Source of the DNA: an uncultured Christensenella sp.
GTDB taxonomy: Bacteria > Bacillota > Clostridia > Christensenellales > CAG-917
Direction: 5' to 3'
Length of the DNA stretch: 64,000 nucleotides
NCBI GenBank assembly: GCA_910578325.1
Contig: CAJTQT010000002.1
Span: 10,498 to 74,497, forward strand
Position 1 is the first letter of the stretch. The number at the start of each line of letters is the position of its first letter. A program made the position numbers and the translations under genes. The notes under the pieces were generated by a model. The model did not search any database, was not told the DNA's origin, and saw nothing but the letters and a program-made list of their open reading frames with translations. Below, in pieces: positions 29,487-40,140 of the stretch.

Positions 29487-29562
29487 GTTCCTGCGAGGGC
29501 GGTTGATAAGCAAAACTATTGTCGGATAAACGGCGCGATGCGACGGTGTGTCGAAACGGAAC

Positions 29563-29593
29563 TGCGGCGATTTTCTTATAAAATCCGCTTTTT
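29563..29593 (+). terminator. Terminator after yraN
   Basis: GCGGCGATTTT / AAAATCCGC stem (2-nt bulge) followed by TTTTTT (29588-29593). Confidence 0.55.
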
Positions 29594-29751
29594 TGATGAA
29601 ATTTATATTATTTATTATACTAATTACAAGAAATTGCAATAATTTTGTTGTGCTGAAAGAAAAAATATGGTAATATATCACGCGTGACTCGGGCGTTCCG
29701 CTGGCAAGAGACGCTTGCTTATGAACGTTTCGTAATTTAGGAGGTAGTCAA

Positions 29752-30090
29752 ATGAACATTATCGACCAACTCGAACAAGAGGGTATGAAAAAGGATTTGC
29801 CCGTAATCGCAATCGGCGACCAGGTTAAGGTCAACGTAAAAGTTAAGGAAGGCGAGAAAGAGCGTATCCAGACTTACGAAGGCACTGTTATCGCAAGAAA
29901 GAACGGCGGTATCCGCGAGACAATCGTAGTTCGCCGCGTTACGTTCGGCGTAGGCGTTGAAAGAACTTTCCCGCTGCATTCGCCCAAAATCGCGAGCATT
30001 CAGGTAGTCCGCCACGGCAAAGTGCGCCGCGCGAAACTCTACTATCTGAGAAGCAGAACCGGTAAAGCGGCAAAACTCAAAGAAAACTGA
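29752..30090 (+). CDS. rplS: 50S ribosomal protein L19
   Basis: [10 protein letters not shown]...[27 protein letters not shown]. Confidence 0.95.
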   Translation: MNIIDQLEQEGMKKDLPVIAIGDQVKVNVKVKEGEKERIQTYEGTVIARKNGGIRETIVVRRVTFGVGVERTFPLHSPKIASIQVVRHGKVRRAKLYYLRSRTGKAAKLKEN

Positions 30091-30125
30091 TTTAACCCCT
30101 ATTCGGGTTTGTAAAGGACTGTCAG

Positions 30126-32279
30126 ATGAAAAAAAGACTCATTGTGATAAGTGCGCTGGTGCTGGCTCTCGTGCTGGCACTTTTCGCATTGACGGCTTGT
30201 AACAGCGCAAGCAGCGAAATCGGCGAGGAACTTGTACAGAACGGCACGTTTTCCAAATTCGAGAACGGTAAATTCGAAAACTGGACAACCTCGTCCAAAT
30301 CCGTTACTTTCGGAAAAGGTACGCCGTCCGACAACGACAGCGAACAGTATCTATATATAGACAACGGTACTAATTCGAGTCAGAAGAAGTATTCCTATCT
30401 CTATCAGAGAATCCACGTAGACGCGGGCAAGATTTATAAGGTCAGCGTCGATATGCGCATAAACAGCGATATTAAACACTCTCAGGGCGCGTATATCGGA
30501 TTCCTTGAAAACACAGAGTACAAATTTGTTGCGCATAATACAAAAACCAACGGTTTTGTTACTTCGACGTTCTACATTCGTCCTCAGAATACGGACTATC
30601 TCACCTTAGCGCTGTCACTGGGAACGGAGGAAGAGAAGTGCAACGGTCGCGTTATGTTCGATAACGTATCCGTGCAGAGAGTAGATAAATCCGATGTTCA
30701 GGAAGGTTTCGAAGTTATCAACTTCCGCAAAGCGAGAACGACTCTTTCCGCTGTGAATACAAGCGGCATCTGTTATATCGTTTTACTCACGTTGTTCACG
30801 GTCGCGGTTATGGTTGCGCTTTATATTGTCATAAGACGCATCTATGCATCTCGCGAAGCGTTTGTGGATTTCGATAACGGAGTAACTCCGTCGGGCAAAG
30901 GCGGAGGTTCAAAAACCGCTAAGACCGTTTGGTATAAGAATACGGTATTTATCGCATTCGCACTCGCGTTGGGCGCATTTGTTATAAGATTGATTATAAT
31001 TCTTACAACTTACGGAATGGGCTCGGCTATGAGAGACACAGTCAACAATGCCGTTTCGCTCGGATCACGCAACGGGGTGTTCAATTTCTTCGGAAAGAAT
31101 CCAACATCGACGCTTGCGCCCGGCGAAATGTATATTCTTGCCGTAATAGGCGCGATAGTAGGCAGTGCACAACAGACGGTAACCGCTTCGATTCTTATAA
31201 GATTCATCAACGTGCTTGCGGATATAGCCGTTGTGCTTACGATATATTTCTACGGCAGGAAATATGTCGGCAATAAACTTTCAACGGTCTATGCCGGTAT
31301 GTATGCCGTTCTTCCCGTCGTATTTACGATGAGCGGATTCAACGGCACTTTCGACAGTTTGCTGGTTGCTTTGATGCTTGCGACTGTGCTGCTGATGGTA
31401 GAAAAGAAATACCTGCCGACATACTTTATGATGACGCTGTCTGCCGTGCTGGATATGCGGGCGATGGCGCTTGCGCCTATCATAGTTGCGTATTTCGTTT
31501 ACAGATATATCAAAGATAACGGCGATATGCGCAAATTTACCGCCAACAGAGCGATGATAGTCTTCGGACTTGTCGGAGCGTTTGTGCTCGGTTATCTGCT
31601 CACTTTGCCTGTGGGAATCAATCAGATTTCCAACGGCGACGCATTCTTCAACTTCAAGATGCTGGTTCAGCAGATTTCGGGAATCAAGTTCTTTGTGTCC
31701 GACGCGTTTAACCTCTACGGTATGGTTGCGATGAACAATAAGACGATATCGCAACAGGGCGTTACGATACTCAATCTCGTATTCCTGCTTGTCCTCGAAG
31801 CATACGTAATTTCGCTGTATTTCAAGAACCGCAATAAACAGGAACTCATTCTTCTCGTTTCGTTTACACTCGCGATGATTTCAGTGTTTACGCTCAAAGT
31901 CGACTACACCTATCTCTTCCTGTCGCTTGCGTTTGCGGTGATTTATACTATGATAAGCGGAGACAGAAGAATGTACGGCGTTATAGCGGGTTATGCTACG
32001 CTCGGATTCCTCGATGTAGCGCAGTTGCTCAACAACAGCGGCTTTGTGACAGGACATCCGACTACGGCTATAACTCACTATGAGACAACGGATCCGTTCT
32101 ATATTTTCTTCTGCGTGCTCACGGTATTGCTTACCGGATATTACGTATACGTGACGTACTCGATAACGAATAACACTAAGATTGTGGATATCAAGGCTAT
32201 GCCGGAACCCGTCGGCGTCACTTTCAAGAAAGGTATGAACGATTTCGTTGCCAGAATCAAGAGCAGAAAATCCGAATAA
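30126..32279 (+). CDS. Lipoprotein-signal membrane protein: N-terminal CBM-like beta domain plus polytopic (GT-C/PMT-like?) domain
   Basis: Lipobox LTAC at aa 22-25. Aa ~27-190 resemble a carbohydrate-binding jelly-roll (GTFSKFENGKFENWT...VMFDNVSV). About 12 predicted TM segments follow. Confidence 0.4.
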   Translation: MKKRLIVISALVLALVLALFALTACNSASSEIGEELVQNGTFSKFENGKFENWTTSSKSVTFGKGTPSDNDSEQYLYIDNGTNSSQKKYSYLYQRIHVDAGKIYKVSVDMRINSDIKHSQGAYIGFLENTEYKFVAHNTKTNGFVTSTFYIRPQNTDYLTLALSLGTEEEKCNGRVMFDNVSVQRVDKSDVQEGFEVINFRKARTTLSAVNTSGICYIVLLTLFTVAVMVALYIVIRRIYASREAFVDFDNGVTPSGKGGGSKTAKTVWYKNTVFIAFALALGAFVIRLIIILTTYGMGSAMRDTVNNAVSLGSRNGVFNFFGKNPTSTLAPGEMYILAVIGAIVGSAQQTVTASILIRFINVLADIAVVLTIYFYGRKYVGNKLSTVYAGMYAVLPVVFTMSGFNGTFDSLLVALMLATVLLMVEKKYLPTYFMMTLSAVLDMRAMALAPIIVAYFVYRYIKDNGDMRKFTANRAMIVFGLVGAFVLGYLLTLPVGINQISNGDAFFNFKMLVQQISGIKFFVSDAFNLYGMVAMNNKTISQQGVTILNLVFLLVLEAYVISLYFKNRNKQELILLVSFTLAMISVFTLKVDYTYLFLSLAFAVIYTMISGDRRMYGVIAGYATLGFLDVAQLLNNSGFVTGHPTTAITHYETTDPFYIFFCVLTVLLTGYYVYVTYSITNNTKIVDIKAMPEPVGVTFKKGMNDFVARIKSRKSE

Positions 32280-32306
32280 TATAAAACCTGTGTTTTATTG
32301 AAAGTT

Positions 32307-32340
32307 GAAAGACCTCCGCAAACGCGGAGGTCTTTCTTTA
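32307..32340. terminator. Bidirectional terminator between convergent genes
   Basis: 13-bp stem GAAAGACCTCCGC / GCGGAGGTCTTTC flanked by A/T runs. Confidence 0.8.
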
Positions 32341-32375
32341 TCGCATTTTAAATAAATACTGAGAAAAGTTTTAAA

Positions 32376-33179
32376 TCAATATTGAGAGGGTAGTTTTTTG
32401 CAGGCGAACGGAGCAAATGTGCCGACGCATTCTTCTACGCGTTCTGCGGAAAGATTCTCGAATATTATGTTGCTTGCATATTTGCGGGCAATGTTTATCG
32501 TCTCTTCCGAATTTACCGTCCAGACAATAACGGGAAGTTTTTTGCTGCCTTTTATAAGCCATTTGTTTTCTGAAAGATTAGGCGCGCAGGCTCTGACGTC
32601 GTAAGCGATAAATTGCGGATGGCAGAGTCTGGCAAGCCAGAGTTTGCCCATCGCCGCCGACGGCGCCCAACGCGGATTCTTAGTGTCGGGAGAACACCAG
32701 GTGAACAGTTCGCCGGTAGGCAGGTTGCTGTGTTTTCTGGCATATTTCACTGCGCCGAAGTTGAAAGACTGCAATGCGATGTTGCCTTTGTAGGTTTTCA
32801 GTCTTTCGACAGTCGCTTTGACTATAGAATTGTCGCAAGGATTGACGCCTTTGATTTCGCAAAGTATGCCGACTTTACCGTCGACGAGTTCGAGAAATTC
32901 GTCAAAAGTCGGGATAGTATATTCTGTACCGAGAAGACGGAAAGTCTTGATTTCTTCCAAAGTGCATTTTTTCACCGCCTTGTCTACGCCGCAAACTCTT
33001 TTTAGAGTGTCGTCGTGGAAAACGACGAGATGTTTGTCCTTTGTCAGATGTACGTCGATTTCGATATTGAAATTATGATCGATCGCATTCTGATACGCAG
33101 GAATGCTGTTTTCGGGAAACTCTGCGTTATGCAATCCGCGGTGAGCGATAGGTCTGTCGAAAAGCCATTGAAAATTCAT
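32376..33179 (-). CDS. Glycerophosphodiester phosphodiesterase family protein
   Basis: ORF track 32376..33188. Start moved to ATG 33179. GDPD motifs AHRGLH..PENS, IEIDVHLTKDKHLVVFHD. Confidence 0.85.
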   Translation of the reverse strand: MNFQWLFDRPIAHRGLHNAEFPENSIPAYQNAIDHNFNIEIDVHLTKDKHLVVFHDDTLKRVCGVDKAVKKCTLEEIKTFRLLGTEYTIPTFDEFLELVDGKVGILCEIKGVNPCDNSIVKATVERLKTYKGNIALQSFNFGAVKYARKHSNLPTGELFTWCSPDTKNPRWAPSAAMGKLWLARLCHPQFIAYDVRACAPNLSENKWLIKGSKKLPVIVWTVNSEETINIARKYASNIIFENLSAERVEECVGTFAPFACKKLPSQY

Positions 33180-33313
33180 AATAACCACCCCTAATTTATG
33201 TCATTCTGTTGATAAAATTTTATTCTTACATTATAATAAAGTCAATAGTTTTTTGACTCAAAATGAGGATTTGCAGTCTGTGAATTTGCATTTGAGCGCG
33301 AAAGAGGTGTCTT

Positions 33314-35110
33314 TTGGACAAAAATCATATAAGAAACTTTTCAATTATAGCCCATATCGACCACGGTAAAAGCACTCTTGCCGACCGTCTTATCGAAAGA
33401 ACGGGCACGGTTTCCGAACGCGAAATGGAAAATCAGTTGCTTGACAATATGGATATCGAGCGCGAAAGGGGTATTACCATTAAATTGCAGACGTGCAGGC
33501 TTTACTATAAGCATAACGGAGAGGAATACGTGCTTAACCTTATAGATACTCCCGGACACGTTGATTTCACCTACGAAGTCTCCCGTTCGCTTGCGGCGTG
33601 CGAAGGCGCGCTGCTGGTTGTAGACGCAACGCAGGGCGTAGAGGCGCAGACTCTGTCAAACGTATATCTCGCGCTTGAAAACAATCTGGAAATTATGCCC
33701 GTCATAAATAAAATAGATTTGGCGTCGGCAGACGTCGACGGGGTCAAACTCGAAATCGAAGATATAATCGGACTCGACACCGACGGCTGTCCGCTCGTAT
33801 CTGCAAAAGACGGCACGGGAGTCGAAGGACTGATCGGTCAGATAATCGATAAATTGCCCGCGCCGAGCGGAGATGAAAGCGCGCCTTTGAAAGCGTTGAT
33901 ATTCGACAGTTTTTACGATAATTACAGAGGCGCGATTTCTATGGTCAGGATTGTGGACGGCACCGTTAAGGCAGGGGACAGAATCAAGATGATGTCAAGC
34001 GGCAAGGTGTTCGAAGTTGTGGAAGTCGGGTATTTTTCACCGAATATGTTTCCTTGCGCGAAACTGAGCGCAGGCGAGGTCGGATATATTGCGGGCAGCA
34101 TTAAAAACGTAAGCGATACCGCCGTCGGCGATACGATCACGAATGCCGACTGTCCCGCAGCGCAACCGCTCCCCGGTTATAAAAAGGCTACGCCGATGGT
34201 TTATACAGGCGTTTTCCCTGCGGACGGAGCGAAATACGACGACCTTAAAGAGGCTCTGTTAAAACTTCAACTCAACGACGCGTCGCTCAGTTTCGAACCC
34301 GAAGTTTCAACTGCGCTGGGTTTCGGATTCCGTTGCGGGTTTCTCGGACTTCTGCATATGGAAATCATAGAGGAGAGATTGGAGCGCGAGTTTGATCTTG
34401 ACTTGATAACCACCGCGCCGAGCGTATCTTATAAGGTTACAAAGACAAGCGGCGAACAACTCGTGATAGATAATCCCACCGCGCTTCCGAATCCGTCCGA
34501 GATAGCGTTTATAGAAGAGCCTGTGGTGTGCGCCAAACTCTTTTCGCCGCCGGATTACGTCGGCGCGATTATGGAACTTTGTCAGGGTAAACGCGGTGTC
34601 TTTATCGATATGTCATATATAGACCCGACGAGAGTGCAACTGACTTACAGAATGCCTTTAAACGAGATAATATACGATTTCTTCGACAGCCTGAAATCGC
34701 GTACGCGCGGCTATGCGTCCCTTGATTACGAAACGGACGGATATGAGAAGAGCGACCTTGTCAGGCTCGATATGATGATAAACGGCGAAATTTGCGACGC
34801 GCTTTCAATAATTGTCCACCGCGACAACGCTTATTCCAGAGGCAGAGGAATTGCCGAAAAACTTAAAGACGTAATTCCCAGACAACTTTTCGAGATTCCG
34901 ATTCAGGCAACCGTCGGAGGTAAAATTATCGCCCGTGAGACGGTCAAGGCAATGCGAAAAGACGTTCTTGCGAAGTGCTACGGAGGAGATATTACGAGAA
35001 AGAAAAAACTGCTTGAAAAACAGAAAGAGGGCAAAAAGCGAATGCGTAAAGTCGGTTCCGTAGAAGTGCCGAGCGAGGCGTTTATTTCCATACTTAAAAT
35101 CGATAACTGA
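33314..35110 (+). CDS. lepA: Translation elongation factor 4 (LepA)
   Basis: TTG start. [33 protein letters not shown], and the conserved LepA C-terminal domain. Confidence 0.95.
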   Translation: MDKNHIRNFSIIAHIDHGKSTLADRLIERTGTVSEREMENQLLDNMDIERERGITIKLQTCRLYYKHNGEEYVLNLIDTPGHVDFTYEVSRSLAACEGALLVVDATQGVEAQTLSNVYLALENNLEIMPVINKIDLASADVDGVKLEIEDIIGLDTDGCPLVSAKDGTGVEGLIGQIIDKLPAPSGDESAPLKALIFDSFYDNYRGAISMVRIVDGTVKAGDRIKMMSSGKVFEVVEVGYFSPNMFPCAKLSAGEVGYIAGSIKNVSDTAVGDTITNADCPAAQPLPGYKKATPMVYTGVFPADGAKYDDLKEALLKLQLNDASLSFEPEVSTALGFGFRCGFLGLLHMEIIEERLEREFDLDLITTAPSVSYKVTKTSGEQLVIDNPTALPNPSEIAFIEEPVVCAKLFSPPDYVGAIMELCQGKRGVFIDMSYIDPTRVQLTYRMPLNEIIYDFFDSLKSRTRGYASLDYETDGYEKSDLVRLDMMINGEICDALSIIVHRDNAYSRGRGIAEKLKDVIPRQLFEIPIQATVGGKIIARETVKAMRKDVLAKCYGGDITRKKKLLEKQKEGKKRMRKVGSVEVPSEAFISILKIDN

Positions 35111-35119
35111 GGAAAATTT

Positions 35120-36250
35120 ATGGAACTCTATATACATCTGCCTTTTTGCAAATCCAAATGCCGATACTGTGATTTCAATTCCTATGCAAACACAGACGAC
35201 GGTACTGTTTTCGGCTATCTATCCGCATTAAACAGGGAAATCCGATTTGCTTCGGCGGCGTACGGAAAGGCGTCGATAGATACTGTATACATCGGCGGAG
35301 GCACTCCCAGCATGCTCGACTCTTCGAGGATAGCGGGTATCTGCCGCAATTTGAAGGAAAGTTTCGATTTGTCGGAGATAAGCGAGTTTACAATAGAGTG
35401 CAATCCCGAAAGCATGACCGAAGAAAAACTCGCCGTTTACAGGGAATGCGGAATAAACAGGATCAGTATAGGAGTTCAAAGCCTAGACGACGCTAATCTT
35501 AAATCGGTCGGACGTCTGCACGACAGCGCGTGCGCGCTTGATAAAATCGCTCTTGCAAAAAGGTATTTTGACAACGTATCCGCCGATATTATCGTAGGAT
35601 TGCCTTACGATACCGACGACACGGTGAAAAGCGAACTTGAAACCCTTGCTCCGTCGGTGTCACATATTTCGGTTTACGCGCTCACTTTGGAGGAGGGCAC
35701 TCCGCTTGCTCGCCGCGTAGGAGAGGGAAAGGTTTTGCTTCCGAGCGATGACGAAGTTGCGGATATGCTTGCGCTTGCGGAGGATACGCTGATTAAACAC
35801 GGACTTAAAAAGTACGAGGTTTCGAATTTTGCGCGAGAGGGAAGGGAGAGCAGACATAATTGCGGATACTGGACGGGAGAGGAATATCTGGGAATCGGAG
35901 CGGGGGCTCACTCATATATTAGAACGTCGGACGGCCGTAAGCCGCTTGCCGCACCCGTACGTTTTGCAAATCCGAGAGACTTGCACGCTTATATTGCGGG
36001 GATAAACTGCGCTGAGGCGTTCGACCGCATTCCGCGGGTGGAAATGAGTGTACTGTCTCCGAACGACGAATGGAACGAGAGGATAATGCTCGGGCTCAGA
36101 ATGACTGCGGGCGTCGACGAAAAACTGCTTGAAGGAAGTATACTTCCTGAATTGAAGCCGTTTTTTAAAACGGATAACGGCAGAGTTTCTCTGACTCGCG
36201 CCGGTATGCAGGTTATGAACAGTCTGCTCGTGAGAATTATGCGCATTTGA
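35120..36250 (+). CDS. hemW: Radical SAM heme chaperone HemW (HemN-like, oxygen-independent coproporphyrinogen oxidase family)
   Basis: CKSKCRYCDF radical-SAM CxxxCxxC motif. 376 aa. Conserved lepA-hemW adjacency. Confidence 0.85.
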   Translation: MELYIHLPFCKSKCRYCDFNSYANTDDGTVFGYLSALNREIRFASAAYGKASIDTVYIGGGTPSMLDSSRIAGICRNLKESFDLSEISEFTIECNPESMTEEKLAVYRECGINRISIGVQSLDDANLKSVGRLHDSACALDKIALAKRYFDNVSADIIVGLPYDTDDTVKSELETLAPSVSHISVYALTLEEGTPLARRVGEGKVLLPSDDEVADMLALAEDTLIKHGLKKYEVSNFAREGRESRHNCGYWTGEEYLGIGAGAHSYIRTSDGRKPLAAPVRFANPRDLHAYIAGINCAEAFDRIPRVEMSVLSPNDEWNERIMLGLRMTAGVDEKLLEGSILPELKPFFKTDNGRVSLTRAGMQVMNSLLVRIMRI

Positions 36251-36341
36251 AAAATTATATAAATCGTACGTATTGTGCAAAATATGATTGCGTATTGCGA
36301 TTTTATTTGATATACTCAATACATACTTTCGGAGGAAACCA

Positions 36342-37490
36342 ATGACACCGGATTTTTCTGTTTTTGGGGAGACACCCAGTGCTCCTATTGCTCTCATCGC
36401 CACCCCCGGCGCGGAGGAACTTGCAAATCTTATCGATAAACGTCTTGTAAAACTATTCAACGAATCGCACTTAGGTAAAAAACTTAAAAAAGATACGTTT
36501 ATTTTAAAGACGGACTGTCCCCGCTTTACAAACGGCGACGCAAAAGGACTTATTCTCGAAACCGTTCGCGGTAAGGATCTGTACTTTATATGCGACCCCG
36601 GCAATCACGGAGTGACGTACAAGATGATGGGCATAGAAGTGCCGCTCACTCCAGACGAGCACTACGCCAACCTCAAAAGACTGATATGCGCCTGTACGGG
36701 CAAGCCCGAACGTATGACGGTCATTATGCCGATGCTTTACGGCGGACGTCAGCATCGCCGCAACGCGAGAGAGTCGCTCGATTGCGCTATGATGCTTCAA
36801 GAATTGCAGGCTATGGGCGTAAACGATATCATCACGTTCGATGCGCACGATCCGCGAGTTCAGAATGCGGTGCCGTTTATGGGATTCGACAACTATTTCG
36901 CCCATTATCAGATTCTTAAATCGTTGGTGAAGAGATTCCCCGACATAAAGTTGGATAAAAACAATATGATGGTCATTTCTCCCGACGAGGGCGCAATGAC
37001 GCGCAACGTGTTTTATGCGTCTGTGCTGGGACTGGATCTTGGTATGTTCTATAAACGCCGCGACTATTCGACGATAGTCAACGGCAGAAATCCGATAGTC
37101 GCGCACGAGTATATAGGTAGTTCGGTTATGGGTATGGACGTATTCGTTGCCGACGATATGATCGCAACGGGCGATTCGATACTCAAACTCGCAAGAGAAA
37201 TCAAAGAAAAGGGCGCGCAACGCGTGTTCCTTGCAACAACGTTCTCGCTGTTTACAGAGGGCGTGGACAAATTCAACAGGGCGTACGAAGATAACGTGTT
37301 CGACGCGGTGCTGTCGACTAATCTGACCTACCGTATACCCCAACTTAAAGAATGCGAATGGTTTGTCGAGGCGGATATATCCAAATATATAGCGTTTATC
37401 ATCGCTGCGGCAAACTTTAACGAGTCGGTGTCGAATTTGCTCGATCCCTCCCAGAAGATAAGGGAACTCGTTGAAAAAATGAACAAATAA
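36342..37490 (+). CDS. Ribose-phosphate pyrophosphokinase family protein (long form)
   Basis: ORF track 36288..37490. Start moved to ATG 36342 after GGAGGAAACC. DAHDP, and the PRPP-binding loop VFVADDMIATGDS. Confidence 0.75.
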   Translation: MTPDFSVFGETPSAPIALIATPGAEELANLIDKRLVKLFNESHLGKKLKKDTFILKTDCPRFTNGDAKGLILETVRGKDLYFICDPGNHGVTYKMMGIEVPLTPDEHYANLKRLICACTGKPERMTVIMPMLYGGRQHRRNARESLDCAMMLQELQAMGVNDIITFDAHDPRVQNAVPFMGFDNYFAHYQILKSLVKRFPDIKLDKNNMMVISPDEGAMTRNVFYASVLGLDLGMFYKRRDYSTIVNGRNPIVAHEYIGSSVMGMDVFVADDMIATGDSILKLAREIKEKGAQRVFLATTFSLFTEGVDKFNRAYEDNVFDAVLSTNLTYRIPQLKECEWFVEADISKYIAFIIAAANFNESVSNLLDPSQKIRELVEKMNK

Positions 37491-37502
37491 CAGGAGGACA
37501 AA

Positions 37503-38159
37503 GTGAAACTCACTTGGCTTGGCCATTCATCGTTCAGGCTTGAAGAGAGCACGGGTACGGCGGTTGTCACCGACCCGTACCACTCGTCGGACGTAGGTTA
37601 CGCAATGCCCGCGGTTGCTGCGGATATCGTTACCGTAAGCCACGCGCACGACGACCATAATAACGTAGAGGAAGTCTCAGGCTCGCCGAAAGTGCTCGAT
37701 AGCGCGGGCGCTTATGAAATAGGCGGCGTGCATTTTCTTGCGGCGCATACTTATCACGACGGCGAGAAAGGCGCGCGTAGGGGAGACAATCTTGTTTTCA
37801 GATACCGTATGGACGGCGTTGACCTTTGTCATATGGGGGATATAGGAGAGGAGTGCAACGCTATTTTGGTTGATACGCTTATGCCTGTAAACGTGCTTAT
37901 GATCCCTGTCGGCGGAACATATACCATCGACGCCAAACAGGCGAAGGAGTATGTCGACAGCCTTATGCCGGATATCGTTATTCCTATGCACTATAAAACA
38001 AAGGACTGCGATATGGATATAGACAAGGTGCACGAATTCCTCGATTTGTTCGAAGATGAAAACATCGTTTATGCCGAAAGCGCGACGGTCGAATTTGACA
38101 GAGCAGATTTCGACGGAGAAGAGACGAAAGTGCTCGTTCTCGAAAAACTTTCAAAATAA
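37503..38159 (+). CDS. MBL-fold metallo-hydrolase
   Basis: GTG start. HAHDDH metal-binding motif. 218 aa. Confidence 0.75.
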   Translation: MKLTWLGHSSFRLEESTGTAVVTDPYHSSDVGYAMPAVAADIVTVSHAHDDHNNVEEVSGSPKVLDSAGAYEIGGVHFLAAHTYHDGEKGARRGDNLVFRYRMDGVDLCHMGDIGEECNAILVDTLMPVNVLMIPVGGTYTIDAKQAKEYVDSLMPDIVIPMHYKTKDCDMDIDKVHEFLDLFEDENIVYAESATVEFDRADFDGEETKVLVLEKLSK

Positions 38160-38315
38160 TTTTACTTTTAACCGCTTGTCGCCCGCTCCGCGGGCGCGAC
38201 ATACTTGCCTTTTTTTAAAGTACCGCCGAAATTGCCGATTTAACATTTATTATACGGGTTGTGCGAACTTGTTTCGCCGCCTGTATATGCAAACATTTTA
38301 GATAGGAGAATTTTT

Positions 38316-39944
38316 ATGCGAAAGTATACTAAACAGGAACTGGAAAGGTTGAGCATCTTCGATGTTCGTTCCATTGCAAAGGAAGTAGGTGTGTCCGCGC
38401 CTACCAAAATAAATAAAGCGGAACTTGTAGATTTGATTTATAAGATTTCAAACGGGCTTATGGAACCGCCTACGCCGCCGCGCGTCGGACGCCCGAGAAA
38501 AGAATCCATTTTGATAAAGCCGGTTGCGCCTCCTGCGGAGGAACCCAGAAACGAAGAAATCAGATATCGCGAAAATGCGTACCGCAAACCGAATATTCCT
38601 CAAAACAGAGGGATACCTATGCGTAGCGGAAATTTCAGAGATGATGAACGCAGAAGACCGAGAGTTCGTAATGAGTTTAATATGGAATTCAGACCTGCGG
38701 TTAATGACGAGCCGAACGATTATCCCGAATTCGAAAGAAACTCGCAGAATGTACTGCGTGAGGATAAGGAATTTGTAAGAGAAGGATATCTCGAAATAAA
38801 TCCGGATAATTACGGTTTTTTAAGAGTAAAGAGCGGCGAATGCTGTGAAATGGACGCTTACGTCAGTTCTGCCAAAATCAGACAGTTCGGATTGCGCAGA
38901 GGCGACTACGTTGTGGCAAATTGCAGAAGAGGTCTTGATGAAAACAAACCTGCGCCACTTTACGACGTTTTGTCGATAAACGGCGACAGTATCGCAGATA
39001 TCAAGGGCAGACCTAATTTTGACAATCTTACTCCTATTTACCCCCAGACAAGACTGCGTTTGGAAGTGCCGAACCAGCCCCGAGAGTATGCGATGCGTTG
39101 TATAGACCTCGTTTCGCCTATCGGCAAAGGTCAGCGCGCTATCATCGTTTCTCCGCCTAAGGCAGGTAAAACTACGCTTTTGAAAATGATTGCCGGTTCG
39201 ATTTCCAAAAACTATCCTGACGTTGTCCTTAAGGTTCTGCTAATCGACGAAAGACCCGAGGAAGTTACGGATATGCAGCGTTCCATAAACGGAGAAGTTG
39301 TGTTTTCTACTTTTGACGAACTTCCCGAGCATCACACCAAAACAGCGGAAATGCTGCTTGAACGCTCTAAACGACTTGTAGAAAAGGGTAAGGACGTCGT
39401 AATTCTTCTTGACAGCCTGACAAGGCTTGCCCGTGCATACAACCTTACAATTCCTCCTACCGGAAGAACGCTGTCGGGCGGTATAGACCCCGGCGCGTTG
39501 CACAGCCCAAAACGCTTTTTCGGCTCGGCGAGAAATCTCGAACCTAATAAGGACAAAAATTATCCGGGCGGTTCGCTTACGATCATCGCCACGGCCCTTG
39601 TTGAAACCGGAAGCCGTATGGACGACGTCATCTTCGAGGAATTCAAAGGTACGGGAAATATGGAAATACACCTTGACAGAAAGTTGTCGGAAAAACGTAT
39701 TTTCCCCGCAATCGACCTTGCAAAGAGCAGCACGCGTAAAGAAGAAATGCTCCTTTCCGCTAAGGAACTCGAAGCGGCGTGGGGTATCAGAAAAATGCTG
39801 TCTAATACGGATAACGCGGACGCAACCGAAAATCTTATAAGTATGATTGTCAAGACGTCTTCGAATTCCGAATTTATAGAACAACTGAATATGCAACTTC
39901 GCGTAAGTCAGAAAGAAGGGTATATTTTCAGAAACTCTAAGTAA
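38316..39944 (+). CDS. rho: Transcription termination factor Rho with an N-terminal insertion domain
   Basis: ORF track 38259..39944. Start moved to ATG 38316 after AGGAG. Walker [24 protein letters not shown], and the Q/R-loop region. An ~105-aa R/N/E/P-rich insertion lies between the N-terminal helix bundle and the OB fold. Confidence 0.95.
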   Translation: MRKYTKQELERLSIFDVRSIAKEVGVSAPTKINKAELVDLIYKISNGLMEPPTPPRVGRPRKESILIKPVAPPAEEPRNEEIRYRENAYRKPNIPQNRGIPMRSGNFRDDERRRPRVRNEFNMEFRPAVNDEPNDYPEFERNSQNVLREDKEFVREGYLEINPDNYGFLRVKSGECCEMDAYVSSAKIRQFGLRRGDYVVANCRRGLDENKPAPLYDVLSINGDSIADIKGRPNFDNLTPIYPQTRLRLEVPNQPREYAMRCIDLVSPIGKGQRAIIVSPPKAGKTTLLKMIAGSISKNYPDVVLKVLLIDERPEEVTDMQRSINGEVVFSTFDELPEHHTKTAEMLLERSKRLVEKGKDVVILLDSLTRLARAYNLTIPPTGRTLSGGIDPGALHSPKRFFGSARNLEPNKDKNYPGGSLTIIATALVETGSRMDDVIFEEFKGTGNMEIHLDRKLSEKRIFPAIDLAKSSTRKEEMLLSAKELEAAWGIRKMLSNTDNADATENLISMIVKTSSNSEFIEQLNMQLRVSQKEGYIFRNSK

Positions 39945-40011
39945 TGGCGGTAGGTTGTTTTGAGAATCGAGTAAATTTTACAAAATTCGCCAAAATAATC
40001 GCCGCAACCGC

Positions 40012-40040
40012 TTGTCAAAACCGACGGTATATTATATAAT
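40012..40040 (+). promoter_or_regulatory. Strong sigma-A promoter upstream of the structured RNA and tRNA-Ser
   Basis: TTGTCA (40012-40017) - 17 nt - TATAAT (40035-40040). Confidence 0.6.
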
Positions 40041-40046
40041 CTTGTC

Positions 40047-40140
40047 GTTGGGTTATAGAGAGGAAACCTCTCGCAGTGTTGTACAGTTGAGGGAAATGGT
40101 TTTGTTTTCCATCGTCCTTCAACTGCAACCCATTTATAGC
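40047..40140 (+). ncRNA. Unclassified structured RNA candidate (three-way junction)
   Basis: By-eye fold. P1 40049-40054/40127-40132 (UGGGUU/AACCCA). P2 hairpin GAGAGG-AAA-CCUCUC (40058-40072). P3 10-bp stem CAGUUGAGGG/CCUUCAACUG (40084-40093/40116-40125) capped by AUGG/CCAU. It begins ~7 nt after the -10 box. No coding ORF. Confidence 0.3.

Noticed and set aside
38176-38215. GC-rich hairpin (GTCGCCCGC...GCGGGCGCGAC) after the MBL hydrolase gene as a terminator.
   Set aside because: The T tract is displaced ~10 nt from the stem, so it is not a canonical intrinsic terminator. It is left unannotated.
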